Shown here: positions 19,298 to 30,647 of the stretch, in pieces
Layout: every line of letters begins with the position of its first letter
Numbering within the stretch: the first letter of the stretch is position 1
Assembly: GCA_020248405.1 (NCBI GenBank)
Contig: JADCHQ010000042.1
Location: forward strand, 228-64,227
Direction of reading: 5' to 3'
DNA length: 64,000 nucleotides
Source of the DNA: Rhodocyclaceae bacterium
GTDB lineage: Bacteria > Pseudomonadota > Gammaproteobacteria > Burkholderiales > Ga0077523
The notes under the pieces: generated by a model
Seen by the model: the letters and a program-made list of their open reading frames with translations, nothing else
What the model was told of the DNA's origin: nothing
Database searches by the model: none
Position numbers and translations under genes: made by a program

Positions 19298-20461
19298 TCA
19301 GAGCTTGCAGCCGCGCGCAGGATCCTCCAGCGCCTTCCAGGCGACCCCGATCACCTTATTGTCGCCCTTCTCCACCCGGCGCAGGTAGATGTCCTGGATG
19401 GGGTTGTGGGCCCGGGACATGCGCCAGCGGCCCCGCGGGCTGTCGATCTCGGCGCCCTCCATGGCGGCCAGCAGCGCGGCGCGGTTGGCGGGGTCGCCCT
19501 TGGCGGCCTCCAGGCCCTGCTGCAGCAGCAGCCCGGCGTCGTAGCCCTGCACGGCGTACACGTCCGGCTCCACCTTGTTGTAGGCGGCCATGTAGGCGGC
19601 GCGGAAAGCCTTGTTGCGCGGGGTGTCGAGCGAGTCGGCGTAGTGCAGCGTGGTGACGATGCCCTCGGCGGCTTCGCCCTGGGCGGGCAGCACGCCCTCG
19701 GTGAGGAAGCCCGAGCCGTACAGCGGGATCCTGTCCTTCAGCCCCGCGGCGGCCCAGTCCTTCACGAACTTCACCGCGCCCGCGCCGGCGAAGAAGCTGC
19801 CCACGGCCTCTGGCCTGAGGGACGCGATCTCGGTGAGCAGCGCCTGGAATTCAACGTTGGGAAAGGGCAGGTAGAGCTCCTTGACCACCGTGCCGCCGGC
19901 CTTCTCGAAGCCTTCGCGAAAGGCCGCGGCAGCCTCCTCGCCCGCGGCGTACTTCCAGGTAATGAACACCGCCTTCTTCTGGCCGCGCTCGGCGATCACC
20001 TTGCCCAAGGCGTGGGTGGTCTGCCAGTTGGAAAAGGAGGTGCGGAACACGTTGGGCGCGCAGGCCGGGCCGGTGGCGGCGTTGGCGCCAGCGTTGGGGA
20101 TAATGAGCGGCACGCCGCTCTCGCGCGCCACCTTCACCATGGCCATGGCCACGCCCGAGTGCACCGTGCCCACCAGCACGTCCACCTTGTCGCGGGTGAC
20201 CAGGCGGTTGGCGTTGTCGGTGGCCTTGGCGGGATCGGATTCGTCGTCCACCTTGAAGAACTCCGCCTCGCGCCCGGCGAGACGCCCGCCCCCCTGCGCC
20301 AGCGCCAGGCGCAGGCCGTTCTCGATGGCCGTGCCCAACTGGGCGTAGGTGCCCGTGTAGGGAAGCATCAGCCCCACGCGCAACTTCGCGGCCTGGGCGC
20401 GGGCCAGCGGCGGCAGCGCGAGGGACAGGGTGGCGGCAGCGAGGAAGTGGCGTCGTTGCAT
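19298..20461 (-). CDS. Periplasmic substrate-binding protein of the HAAT ABC system (LivK-fold)
   Basis: Track ORF. Signal peptide MQRRHFLAAATLSLALPPLARA. Type-I periplasmic binding-protein-like sequence. Confidence 0.9.
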   Translation of the reverse strand: MQRRHFLAAATLSLALPPLARAQAAKLRVGLMLPYTGTYAQLGTAIENGLRLALAQGGGRLAGREAEFFKVDDESDPAKATDNANRLVTRDKVDVLVGTVHSGVAMAMVKVARESGVPLIIPNAGANAATGPACAPNVFRTSFSNWQTTHALGKVIAERGQKKAVFITWKYAAGEEAAAAFREGFEKAGGTVVKELYLPFPNVEFQALLTEIASLRPEAVGSFFAGAGAVKFVKDWAAAGLKDRIPLYGSGFLTEGVLPAQGEAAEGIVTTLHYADSLDTPRNKAFRAAYMAAYNKVEPDVYAVQGYDAGLLLQQGLEAAKGDPANRAALLAAMEGAEIDSPRGRWRMSRAHNPIQDIYLRRVEKGDNKVIGVAWKALEDPARGCKL

Positions 20462-20481
20462 GGCAGGCCTTTCGGGAGAGG

Positions 20482-22074
<1,593 letters not shown>

Positions 22075-22154
22075 GGGGTGCTCTCTCGGGAAGGTGAAAC
22101 AGCCGGAAGGCGCAAAAGATACCGCAGGACGGCGGCGGCGGAGATCGACCCCGC

Positions 22155-22751
22155 TCAGGCCGGATAGCTGCCGCGCAGCGCGATCGCGTAGTCGCGCAGC
22201 AGATCGTCGGCGACGCTGGCGATGGCGCCGCGCCAGGCCTGTTGCGATTCGAGCGCGGCCAGGCCATGTACGAAGGCCCACGCGGCCAGCGCCGCGCGCT
22301 GCACCCGGGCGTCTTCAGCGCCCGGGGGGGCCAGCGCGCCCACCGCCCTCAGCAGCAGCGTGTAGGGCTCCGCCTGCTGCGCGTCCGCCAGGGCATTTCG
22401 CCGCAACTCGAAGACGATGCGAAAGGCGTCCGGATGGGCCCGCGCGAAAGCGAGGTAGCCGCGGCCCAGGGCGGCCAGGCGCGCGGCCGGATCGGCGCTT
22501 GCCTCGCGATCGAGCGCCTCGCGCAGCGCCACTTCGAGGGCCGCGAGCGCGCGGCCGGCGAGCTCGTCGAGCAGCGCGTCCTTGTGGGCGAAATGGCGGT
22601 AGAGGGCGGCCGGCGACACGCCCAGTTCGCGCGCCAGGGCGCGCAGGGACAGCGCGCCGCTGCCGCCGTTCGCCGCCAGCTGGGCGGCGCGCTCCAGGGC
22701 GGCGGCGCGCAGGTTGCCGTGATGGTAGGTGGGGCGTTCAGCTCGGTTCAT
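22155..22751 (-). CDS. TetR-family transcriptional regulator
   Basis: Track ORF 22155..22805. Start at ATG 22751. N-terminal HTH (LSLRALARELGVSPAALYRHFAHKDALL). Confidence 0.9.
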   Translation of the reverse strand: MNRAERPTYHHGNLRAAALERAAQLAANGGSGALSLRALARELGVSPAALYRHFAHKDALLDELAGRALAALEVALREALDREASADPAARLAALGRGYLAFARAHPDAFRIVFELRRNALADAQQAEPYTLLLRAVGALAPPGAEDARVQRAALAAWAFVHGLAALESQQAWRGAIASVADDLLRDYAIALRGSYPA

Positions 22752-22770
22752 GGGCTCTATGTTATCGCCG

Positions 22771-22812
22771 TTGACATAAGGGTGCTGTAGATCTAGAGTG
22801 AACACTGTTCAC
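22771..22812 (+). promoter_or_regulatory. Sigma70-like promoter (TTGACA-N17-TAGAGT) overlapped by a perfect 7-1-7 palindrome, candidate TetR operator
   Basis: -35 TTGACA at 22771..22776, a 17-nt spacer, -10 TAGAGT at 22794..22799. Palindrome GTGAACA-C-TGTTCAC at 22798..22812. Lies in the 109-nt divergent spacer between the TetR gene and the lipoprotein hydrolase gene. Confidence 0.5.
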
Positions 22813-22860
22813 ACCGCTGTAGTGCCATCCGTTCACCGATTGCAACAGGAGATAGCCGCC

Positions 22861-23769
22861 ATGTTCCGCACCACTCTTCTGCCGCTGCTGGCTGCTCTCG
22901 TGACCAGCGCCCTGCCCCTTGCCGGCGGCTGCGCTGCCACGCCCGCCGCCCCTGCCGCTGCCGCCGCTGCCGAGCGCCGCATCCACACCCCCGCGGGCGA
23001 GCTGGCGGTGCGCGAAGCCGGCCGCGGCGCCACCCCGCTGCTGCTCTGGCACAGCCTCTACACCGACCCCTCCATGTTCGACCCGCTGGTGGAGCAGCTC
23101 GCGCCCAACTACCGGCTGCTGCTGGTGAGCGCACCCGGCCACGGCAACAGCGGCCCGCCCCTCGCACCACTCACCAGCGCCGCAAGCGGGGCAGCGGTGC
23201 TTGCGGTGCTCGATGCCTACGGCGTGGAGCGCGCGGCGGTGGTGGGCTGCTCCTGGGGCGGCATCGCGGGCCTGCAGGCGGCCCTTCAGGCGCCGCAGCG
23301 CATCACGGCCGTGGCGGCCTTCAACACCCCCTTCGGACCCGGCGCCACCGACCTGGGTACGCGTTCCATCGTGGGGATCACCGGCTGGCTGGGCAACACC
23401 GAGTTCTTCGGCAGGCGAGTGGCATCCAACTTCTTCAGCCAGCACACCCGGACCCGTCAGCCCGAGGTGGTTGAGCGCTTCGCGGCGGCCTTCAAGGCGC
23501 GCGATCCGCGCACGCTGCAAGCCGTCTCCCGGGCGGTGCTCATGGAGCGCGAGTCGCTGCTGCCGCTGCTGCCGAAACTGCGGGTGCCTGTGCTGGCGGT
23601 GTCCGGGGCCGAGGACCCCCTCTATCCGGCCGCTCAGGCGGAGGAAATCGCACGCAGCATCCCAAAGGCCCGCTTCGTGAGCGTGCCCGACTCGGCGCAC
23701 CTCACGCCCCTGGAGCAGCCGGTGATCACCGCCAAGCTGGTGCGGGAGCTGGTGCCCCCGCAACAGTGA
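22861..23769 (+). CDS. Alpha/beta-fold hydrolase, predicted lipoprotein
   Basis: Track ORF 22798..23769. Start at ATG 22861. Signal plus lipobox (LPLAGGC), nucleophile elbow GCSWGG. Confidence 0.8.
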   Translation: MFRTTLLPLLAALVTSALPLAGGCAATPAAPAAAAAAERRIHTPAGELAVREAGRGATPLLLWHSLYTDPSMFDPLVEQLAPNYRLLLVSAPGHGNSGPPLAPLTSAASGAAVLAVLDAYGVERAAVVGCSWGGIAGLQAALQAPQRITAVAAFNTPFGPGATDLGTRSIVGITGWLGNTEFFGRRVASNFFSQHTRTRQPEVVERFAAAFKARDPRTLQAVSRAVLMERESLLPLLPKLRVPVLAVSGAEDPLYPAAQAEEIARSIPKARFVSVPDSAHLTPLEQPVITAKLVRELVPPQQ

Positions 23770-23789
23770 GTCGCGGCGCCGGAGCAGGC

Positions 23790-25001
23790 TCAGGCCGCCA
23801 TCGCGCTCCCATGCCCGTCCGCGAGCGGCATGGCCTGCTCGGCAAGCGCCGCCAGATACCCCGCCCCCAGCGGAATCACCTCATCGTTGAAGTCGTAGTG
23901 CGGGTTGTGCAGCGAGCAGCCCAGGGGCCCGCCGCCCTGGCCCAAGAACACGTAGGCGCCAGGCTTTTCCTGCAGAAAGTAGGCGAAGTCCTCACCGCCC
24001 ATGGTGGGGTCCACGTCGCGCACCACGTTGCCCGCGCCGAAGAGGCTCTCGCCCACCCGCGCCGCGAACTCCGTCTCGCGGGGGCTGTTCACCGTGGCCG
24101 GGTAGCCGCGGGTGTACTTCACTTCTGCGCGCCCCCCGAGGGCCGCCGCCACGCCCTCGGCGATCTCCCTGCAGCGGCGCTCCGCCATGTCGCGCGTCTC
24201 GGCGCGGAAGCTGCGCACGGTGCCCAGCAGGTGCACCGCGTCAGGGATCACGTTGAAGGCGCCCGTCTGGCTGGTGTGCATGGAGCAGATGCTCACCACC
24301 ACCGCGTCCACGGGCGCCACGTTTCGGCTGGCCACGGTTTGCAGCGCGCCGATCACCTGGGCCGCCACCACCACGGGGTCCACCGCCAGATGGGGCATGG
24401 CGGCGTGGCCGCCGCTGCCATGGATCGTGATGGCGATCTCGTCGGTGGCCGCCATTACCGGTCCGGCGCGCAGCGCGATGCGGCCCGGCGGCAGCTCGGG
24501 CCAGTTGTGCAGGGCGTACACCTCGTCAGCAGGGAAGCGCTCGAACAGGCCCTCCCGCACCATCACGTTGCCGCCGCCGCCGTGCTCCTCGGCGGGCTGG
24601 AAGATCACGTAGGCGGTACCGTCGAACTGGCGCGTCTGCGCCAGGTAGCGCGCCGCGCCCAGCAGCATGGTGGTGTGGCCGTCGTGGCCGCAGGCGTGCA
24701 TGCGGCCCTCGTGGCGCGAGCGGTGGCCGCGCTCGGCGGCCTCGTGCATCGGCAGGCAGTCCAGGTCGGCGCGCAGGCCGATGCCGCGGCCGCGGGAATC
24801 TTCGCGGCCCGGAATCACGCCCACCACGCCGGTGCCGGCCAGGCCGCGGTGCACCTCGACGCCCCACTGCGCCAGGTGACCGGCCACCAGGTCGGCGGTG
24901 CGCCGCTCCTGGAAGGCCAGCTCGGGATGCATGTGGATGTCGCGGCGGATGGCCGTGAGTTCGGCGTGCCAGCGGCGCACGTGCTCGACGGGATTGGACA
25001 T
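23790..25001 (-). CDS. M20-family amidohydrolase (hippurate hydrolase / aminoacylase-like)
   Basis: C-terminal 403 codons of track ORF 23790..25619. ATG 25001 is preceded by AAGGAG. Motifs MHACGHDGH and FQPAEE. Confidence 0.9.
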   Translation of the reverse strand: MSNPVEHVRRWHAELTAIRRDIHMHPELAFQERRTADLVAGHLAQWGVEVHRGLAGTGVVGVIPGREDSRGRGIGLRADLDCLPMHEAAERGHRSRHEGRMHACGHDGHTTMLLGAARYLAQTRQFDGTAYVIFQPAEEHGGGGNVMVREGLFERFPADEVYALHNWPELPPGRIALRAGPVMAATDEIAITIHGSGGHAAMPHLAVDPVVVAAQVIGALQTVASRNVAPVDAVVVSICSMHTSQTGAFNVIPDAVHLLGTVRSFRAETRDMAERRCREIAEGVAAALGGRAEVKYTRGYPATVNSPRETEFAARVGESLFGAGNVVRDVDPTMGGEDFAYFLQEKPGAYVFLGQGGGPLGCSLHNPHYDFNDEVIPLGAGYLAALAEQAMPLADGHGSAMAA

Positions 25002-25012
25002 GGATCGCTCCT

Positions 25013-25993
25013 TCAGTGGGCCGCGCGGGCGTCGGCGCGCAGCCGCGGGTCGATGGCGTGGTAGAGCAGGTCCACCACCAGGTTGATGGTCACGAACACC
25101 AACGCGATCAGGCACAGGTAGGCGGCCATCACGGGCACGTCGGCGAACATCACCGACTGGATGAACAGCAGCCCCATGCCCGGCCACTGGAACACCGTCT
25201 CGGTGATGATGGCGAAGGCGATGATGGCGCCCAGCTGCAGCCCCGCCACGGTGATCACGGGCAGCAGCGCGTTGCGCAGGGCGTGGCGGAAGTGCACCGA
25301 GCGGTCGGGCAGGCCGCGGGCGCGGGCGAAGCGGATGAAGTCGGCGCGCAGCACCTCCTGCATCTCGGCGCGCGTGAGCCGCATGATGAGCGTCATCTGG
25401 AACAGCCCCAGGGTGATAGCCGGCAGCACCAGAGCCTTGAGGCCCGAAACCGTGAGCAGCCCCGTGCTCCACGCCCCCAGCATCACCGTCTCGCCACGGC
25501 CGAAGGAAGGCAGCCAGCCCAGCTGCACGGCAAACACCAGGATCAGCAGAATGCCGATCAGGAAGGTGGGCAGGGACACGCCCGCCAGCGACACCGCCAG
25601 GAACACCTGCGACAGCCACGACCGCGGCTTGAGCGCAGAGTACACCCCCATGGGGATGCCGGCCGCCAGGGCGAACAGCGCCGCCGCAATCGCCAGCTCC
25701 AGGGTGGCGGGCAGGCGCTCGGCGAACAGCGTGGACACCGGCCGCAGTTGCTTGAGCGACAGCCCGAAGTCGCCCTGCACCGCGCGCGACAGGAAGGCCC
25801 CGTACTGCACGTGAAACGGGCGGTCCAGGCCCAGGTCGGCGCTCATGCGGGCCCGGTCCTCGGGTGTGGCGTCCTGCCCCAGCATGAACACCACCGGATC
25901 GCCCACGAAGCGGAACAGGGCGAAGGCGATCAGGCCCACCACCAGCATCACCACGGCGGCCTGCACCAGGCGTCGGAGCGCGAAGGCGAGCAT
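25013..25993 (-). CDS. Peptide/nickel-type ABC transporter permease (DppB/OppB-like)
   Basis: Track ORF, 326 aa. Typical N-terminus MLAFALRRLVQAAVVMLVVGLIAFALFRFVGDP and a binding-protein-dependent transport signature region. Confidence 0.9.
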   Translation of the reverse strand: MLAFALRRLVQAAVVMLVVGLIAFALFRFVGDPVVFMLGQDATPEDRARMSADLGLDRPFHVQYGAFLSRAVQGDFGLSLKQLRPVSTLFAERLPATLELAIAAALFALAAGIPMGVYSALKPRSWLSQVFLAVSLAGVSLPTFLIGILLILVFAVQLGWLPSFGRGETVMLGAWSTGLLTVSGLKALVLPAITLGLFQMTLIMRLTRAEMQEVLRADFIRFARARGLPDRSVHFRHALRNALLPVITVAGLQLGAIIAFAIITETVFQWPGMGLLFIQSVMFADVPVMAAYLCLIALVFVTINLVVDLLYHAIDPRLRADARAAH

Positions 25994-26097
25994 CGGCGAG
26001 CGCGCGTGGCCCTACGGCGAGCGCGCGCGGCTCAGGGTTGCAGCGGCGCCGCCGCGCGGGCCGGGCCGACAGGGTCCGAAGGCCGGTTCACGCCGCG

Positions 26098-26598
26098 TCA
26101 GTCCTCGAGCAGGCTGCGCAGCATCCACGCGGTCTTCTCGTGGATGTCCAGGCGCTGGGTGAGCAGGTCGAGGGTGGGCTGGTCGTTGGCGCCATCGGCC
26201 ACCCGCACCAGGCCGCGGGCGGTGCGCGCCACGGTGTCGTGCCCCTTGATGAGCTGCGCCACCATCGCCTCGGCCCTGGGGACTCCGGACACCTCCTTCA
26301 CGGTGGAGAGCCGGGCGAATTCGGCGTAAGTGCCCGGTGCGGGGAACCCCAGGGCGCGGATGCGCTCGGCGATGGGGTCCACCGCGTTCCACAGCTCGGT
26401 GTACTGCGCCATGAACATGGCGTGCAGGGTGTTGAACATGGGACCCGTGACGTTCCAGTGGAAGTTGTGGGTCATGAGATACAGGGTGTAGGTATCGGCC
26501 AGCAGCCGCGAGAGCCCTTCGGAGATGCGGGTGCGATCCTTCAGGCCGATGCCGTTGTCGATGGCCGCGGCCTTGCGGGCGGGGGACTTGGAAGCCAT
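26098..26598 (-). CDS. dps: Dps-family DNA-protecting/ferritin-like protein
   Basis: Track ORF 26098..26760. ATG 26598 is preceded by GAGGAG. Motif [23 protein letters not shown]. Confidence 0.9.
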   Translation of the reverse strand: MASKSPARKAAAIDNGIGLKDRTRISEGLSRLLADTYTLYLMTHNFHWNVTGPMFNTLHAMFMAQYTELWNAVDPIAERIRALGFPAPGTYAEFARLSTVKEVSGVPRAEAMVAQLIKGHDTVARTARGLVRVADGANDQPTLDLLTQRLDIHEKTAWMLRSLLED

Positions 26599-26727
26599 GG
26601 AAACTCCTCGGAAGATGACGAAAACACGCGGCTGAACCGCCATGCCCCGATTGTATAGGGCGGGCCCGCCGGACAGGCGCGCCGCGCGTGCTAGCATCCC
26701 GCTCCCGCAATCGGGCAGCCCCCTGCC

Positions 26728-26931
26728 ATGATCTCCATCACTCTCAACGGATCGTCGCATCCGCTGTCCGCGCCGGTGTCCGTGGGCGTGCTACTGGAAC
26801 AACTCGGCCACGCAGGGCGCCGCGTGGCTGTGGAGCGCAACGGCGAGATCGTGCCCCGCAGCCGCCACCCCGACACCCTGCTGCAGGACGGCGACGTGGT
26901 GGAGATCGTGGTGGCCGTGGGCGGAGGCTGA
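26728..26931 (+). CDS. thiS: Sulfur-carrier protein ThiS
   Basis: 67 aa ending in GG ([10 protein letters not shown]), immediately upstream of thiG. Confidence 0.9.
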   Translation: MISITLNGSSHPLSAPVSVGVLLEQLGHAGRRVAVERNGEIVPRSRHPDTLLQDGDVVEIVVAVGGG

Positions 26932-26955
26932 ACCCGACACCTCCCGGAGCCTGTC

Positions 26956-27753
26956 ATGCACCACCTGACCATCGCCGGCAAGACCTACCGCTCCCGACTG
27001 CTGGTGGGCACGGGCAAGTACCGCGACTTCGAGCAGACCCGCCTCGCCATCGAGGCGAGCGGCGCGGACATCGTCACCGTGGCCATCCGCCGCACCAACA
27101 TCGGCCAGAACGCGGACGAGCCCAACCTGCTGGACGCCGTGCCGCCGTCGAGATATACCATCCTGCCCAACACCGCCGGGTGCTACAGCGCCGAAGAGGC
27201 GGTGCGCACCCTGCGCCTGGCGCGCGAACTGCTGGACGGCCACGTGCTGGTGAAGCTGGAGGTGCTGGGCGACCCGAAGACGCTGTTCCCCAACGTGATG
27301 GAGACCCTGCGCGCCACCGAAACCCTGGCGCGCGAGGGCTTCGAGACCATGGTCTACACCTCGGACGATCCCATCGTGGCGCGCCAGCTGGAGGAAGCCG
27401 GCGCCGTGGCGGTGATGCCGCTCGCCTCTCTCATCGGCTCGGGCATGGGCATCCTCAACCCGTGGAACCTCAAGATCATCATCGACCAGGCCAAGGTGCC
27501 GGTGCTGGTGGATGCGGGCGTGGGCACGGCCTCGGATGCGGCAGTGGCCATGGAGCTGGGCTGCGACGGCGTGCTCATGAACACGGCGATTGCCGCGGCG
27601 CGCGACCCGGTGCTCATGGCCACGGCCATGGGCAAGGCCGTGCAGGCCGGCCGCGAGGCCTTCCTGGCGGGACGCATGCCAAAGAAGGTGTACCAGGCCA
27701 CACCCAGTTCGCCCGAGAGCGGGGTGATCGGCTCGGCGCCGAAGGCGGCCTGA
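26956..27753 (+). CDS. thiG: Thiazole synthase ThiG
   Basis: Track ORF. Conserved [15 protein letters not shown] and VMPL..PIGSG-like blocks. Confidence 0.95.
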   Translation: MHHLTIAGKTYRSRLLVGTGKYRDFEQTRLAIEASGADIVTVAIRRTNIGQNADEPNLLDAVPPSRYTILPNTAGCYSAEEAVRTLRLARELLDGHVLVKLEVLGDPKTLFPNVMETLRATETLAREGFETMVYTSDDPIVARQLEEAGAVAVMPLASLIGSGMGILNPWNLKIIIDQAKVPVLVDAGVGTASDAAVAMELGCDGVLMNTAIAAARDPVLMATAMGKAVQAGREAFLAGRMPKKVYQATPSSPESGVIGSAPKAA

Positions 27754-27768
27754 CTTGCCGGTGCGGTC

Positions 27769-28485
27769 TTGAACGAGGAAGCGCTGCACCAGGACGGGCC
27801 CGGGGACGGGTCGCCGCACCGGCCCATCCGCAGCTTCGTGCTGCGCCAGAGCCGCACCTCCGCAGCCCAGCAGCGCGCGGTGGACACGCTGCTGCCGCGC
27901 TGGGGTGTCGAGTACGCAGGGCAGCCGCTGGATCTTGAAGCGGCCTTCGGCCGTCGCGCACCGGTGGTCCTGGAAATCGGCTTTGGCATGGGCGAGAGCA
28001 CGGCGGCCTACGCGGCACTGCATCCGGAGCGGGATTTCCTGGGGGTGGAGGTGCACACGCCGGGCGTGGGCAACCTGCTCAAGCTGATCGACGCGCAGGA
28101 GCTGAGCAACGTGCGCGTCGTGCGTCACGATGCCGTGGAAGTGCTGCGGCACATGCTCACGCCGGACAGCCTGGCGGGGGCGCACGTGTTCTTCCCCGAC
28201 CCGTGGCCCAAGAAGCGGCACCACAAGCGGCGGCTGATCCAGCCGCCCTTCGTGCAACTGCTGGCCGGGCGTCTCGCGCCCGGCGGCTACGTACATCTGG
28301 CCACCGACTGGGAGGAGTACGCGCAACAGATGCTGGCGGTGCTGTCGGCCGAACCGCTGCTGGAGAACACGGCGGCGGGCTTCGCGCCGCGGCCCGAATC
28401 GCGTCCGCTCACCCGGTTCGAGCAGCGCGGCCTGCGGCTGGGCCACGGGGTGTGGGACCTGCTGTTCCGGCGCCGCGCGGCCTGA
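27769..28485 (+). CDS. trmB: tRNA (guanine-N7)-methyltransferase TrmB
   Basis: Track [13 protein letters not shown]..., [24 protein letters not shown]. The start is a TTG and is uncertain. Confidence 0.9.
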   Translation: MNEEALHQDGPGDGSPHRPIRSFVLRQSRTSAAQQRAVDTLLPRWGVEYAGQPLDLEAAFGRRAPVVLEIGFGMGESTAAYAALHPERDFLGVEVHTPGVGNLLKLIDAQELSNVRVVRHDAVEVLRHMLTPDSLAGAHVFFPDPWPKKRHHKRRLIQPPFVQLLAGRLAPGGYVHLATDWEEYAQQMLAVLSAEPLLENTAAGFAPRPESRPLTRFEQRGLRLGHGVWDLLFRRRAA

Positions 28486-28494
28486 AACAGCCAC

Positions 28495-29694
28495 TCAGTC
28501 CAGGAAGATCTCCAGCAGTTCATTGAGAAACCGCCGCCCCAGCGCCGTGGGCTGCACGCGCCGGTGGTCGCGGGTGAGCAGGCCGCGGGCCTCCGCCGCG
28601 TCGAGGCGCGACGCGACGGAGGCCAGGGGCAGGCTCGTGCGCTCGGTGAACAGCCCCGTCTCGAAGCCCTCGTTCAGGCGCAGCGCGTTCATCATGAACT
28701 CGAAGGGCAGCTCCGCCGCGGCCACATCACTGGCGGTCTGCGCGGCGTTGCCAGCCAGCGCCCTCTCCATGTACTCGCGCGGGTGCTTCCACTTCATGTG
28801 CCGCGTGACGCGGTCGCGCAGCGTGAGCTTGCCGTGGGCGCCCGCGCCGATGCCCAGGTAGTCGCCGAAGGACCAGTAGTTGAGGTTGTGCCGGCACTCG
28901 CTGCCGGGCCGGGCGAAGGCCGAGGTCTCGTAGTGGCGGTAGCCGGCTTCGCCGAGCAGCGCCTCGATGCGCTCCTGCATGAGCGCGGCGGCATCGTCGT
29001 CGGGCAGCGGCGGCGGGAAGCGGTGGAACAGCGTGTTTGGCTCGAGGGTGAGGTGATAGGCGCTCACGTGCGGCGCGCCTTCGGACACGGCGCGCGCCAC
29101 GTCGGCCACCGCCTGCTCCGGCGATTGGCGCGGCAGGGCGTACATCAGATCGAGGTTGAAGTTGTGGAAGTGCTGCCGCGCGATGGCCACGGCGCGCAGC
29201 GCCTCGGCGCCGTCGTGCACGCGGCCCAGCGCCGACAGGTGCGCGGGGTCGAAGCTCTGGATGCCGATGGACAGGCGGTTGATGCCCAGCGCCCGGTAGG
29301 CGGCGAAGCGGCCGCTCTCGAAGGTGCTGGGATTGGCTTCGAGCGTGATCTCGGCATCCGCCCGGATGGGCAGCAGCGCGCGCGCCGAGCCCAGGAAGCG
29401 GTCGATGGCCTCGGGGGAGAACAGGCTCGGCGTGCCGCCACCGAAGAACACCGTGGATACCTCGCGCCCCCACACCTGGGGCAGGGACTGCTCCAGATCG
29501 GCGATGAGCGCATCCACATAGCGCACCTCGGGCAGCGCGCCGGCGCCGCCCTCGCCGCGATGCTCGTGGGAATTGAAGTCGCAGTAGGGGCACTTGCGAA
29601 TGCACCAGGGCACGTGCACGTACAGCGACAGCGGCGGCAGGCGCTCGAAGCGCACGGCGGCGGGCTCACGGCGGTGCAGGGAGATAGCGGTCAC
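28495..29694 (-). CDS. hemW: Radical-SAM heme chaperone HemW (coproporphyrinogen III oxidase-like)
   Basis: Track ORF. LYVHVPWCIRKCPYCDFNS (CxxxCxxC). GTG start. Confidence 0.9.
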   Translation of the reverse strand: MTAISLHRREPAAVRFERLPPLSLYVHVPWCIRKCPYCDFNSHEHRGEGGAGALPEVRYVDALIADLEQSLPQVWGREVSTVFFGGGTPSLFSPEAIDRFLGSARALLPIRADAEITLEANPSTFESGRFAAYRALGINRLSIGIQSFDPAHLSALGRVHDGAEALRAVAIARQHFHNFNLDLMYALPRQSPEQAVADVARAVSEGAPHVSAYHLTLEPNTLFHRFPPPLPDDDAAALMQERIEALLGEAGYRHYETSAFARPGSECRHNLNYWSFGDYLGIGAGAHGKLTLRDRVTRHMKWKHPREYMERALAGNAAQTASDVAAAELPFEFMMNALRLNEGFETGLFTERTSLPLASVASRLDAAEARGLLTRDHRRVQPTALGRRFLNELLEIFLD

Positions 29695-29765
29695 GGGCGG
29701 GAGTCTAGCGTGCAGCCCGGCCCCGGCGGCGGCAGAATCGGCCCATTCACAACAGGGGCGAGGCG

Positions 29766-30647
29766 ATGCGCGAGGAGACCGGCTTCATCCCGGTGGATGG
29801 CCACCGGGTCTGGTACCGCCGGGCGGGCGGCGGCCCGGGACTGCCGCTGCTGCTGCTGCACGGCGGCCCCGGCGCAGGCCACGACTACCTCGAGCCCCTA
29901 GAGGGCCTGGCGAGCGGGCGCGAGGTGATCTTCTACGACCAGCTTGGCTGCGGCCGCTCAGACCGGCCCGATGACCCGTCGCTGTGGCGCATGGAGCGCT
30001 CGGTGCGCGAGGTGGACACGGTGCGCCGGGCCCTTGGGCTGGAGCGCATCCACCTGCTGGGCCAGTCCTGGGGCGGCTGGCTGGGCGTCGAATACATGCT
30101 GTCTCAGCCGCGCGGCATCGCCGGGCTGGTGCTCGCCAGCACCTCGGCGAGCATCCCGCAGTTCGTGGCCGAGGCGGTAACGCTCAAGGCGCGATTGCCC
30201 GCGCCCATGGTATCGGTCATGGCGCGTTGCGAGGCGGCCAGGCAGTGGAACGACCCCGCCTATCTGGAAGCGGTGATGGAGTTCTACCGCCGTCACCTGT
30301 GCCGCGTGCACCCCTGGCCTGAATGCATGCAGCGCACCGTGCGCAACCTGGAGGGCAACCAGGTCTACGAAGTGATGAACGGGCCCAACGAGTTCGTGGT
30401 CATCGGCAATCTCAAGGACTGGGACCGCATCGACCGCCTGGGCGAGATCCGCGTGCCCACGCTCATCACCGTGGGAGCCCACGACGAACTCACCCCGGCA
30501 TGCGCCGAAACCCTGCATGCCGGCATCGCGAGATCCCGCCTCGAACTCTTCGAGCACTCCAGTCACACGGCGCACATCGAGGAGACCGCCCGCTACCTGG
30601 AGGCGGTGGAGGCATTCCTGCGGCACGTGGAGGGGGCACCCGCATGA
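29766..30647 (+). CDS. Proline-iminopeptidase-family alpha/beta hydrolase
   Basis: Track ORF. LLLLHGGPGAGHDY and the nucleophile elbow GQSWGG. Confidence 0.85.
   Translation: MREETGFIPVDGHRVWYRRAGGGPGLPLLLLHGGPGAGHDYLEPLEGLASGREVIFYDQLGCGRSDRPDDPSLWRMERSVREVDTVRRALGLERIHLLGQSWGGWLGVEYMLSQPRGIAGLVLASTSASIPQFVAEAVTLKARLPAPMVSVMARCEAARQWNDPAYLEAVMEFYRRHLCRVHPWPECMQRTVRNLEGNQVYEVMNGPNEFVVIGNLKDWDRIDRLGEIRVPTLITVGAHDELTPACAETLHAGIARSRLELFEHSSHTAHIEETARYLEAVEAFLRHVEGAPA

Noticed and set aside
26599-26727. Possible TPP (THI-box) riboswitch upstream of thiS-thiG.
   Set aside because: The spacer is only about 130 nt, and I could not find the conserved CUGAGA / ACCUGA THI-box elements on the plus strand.
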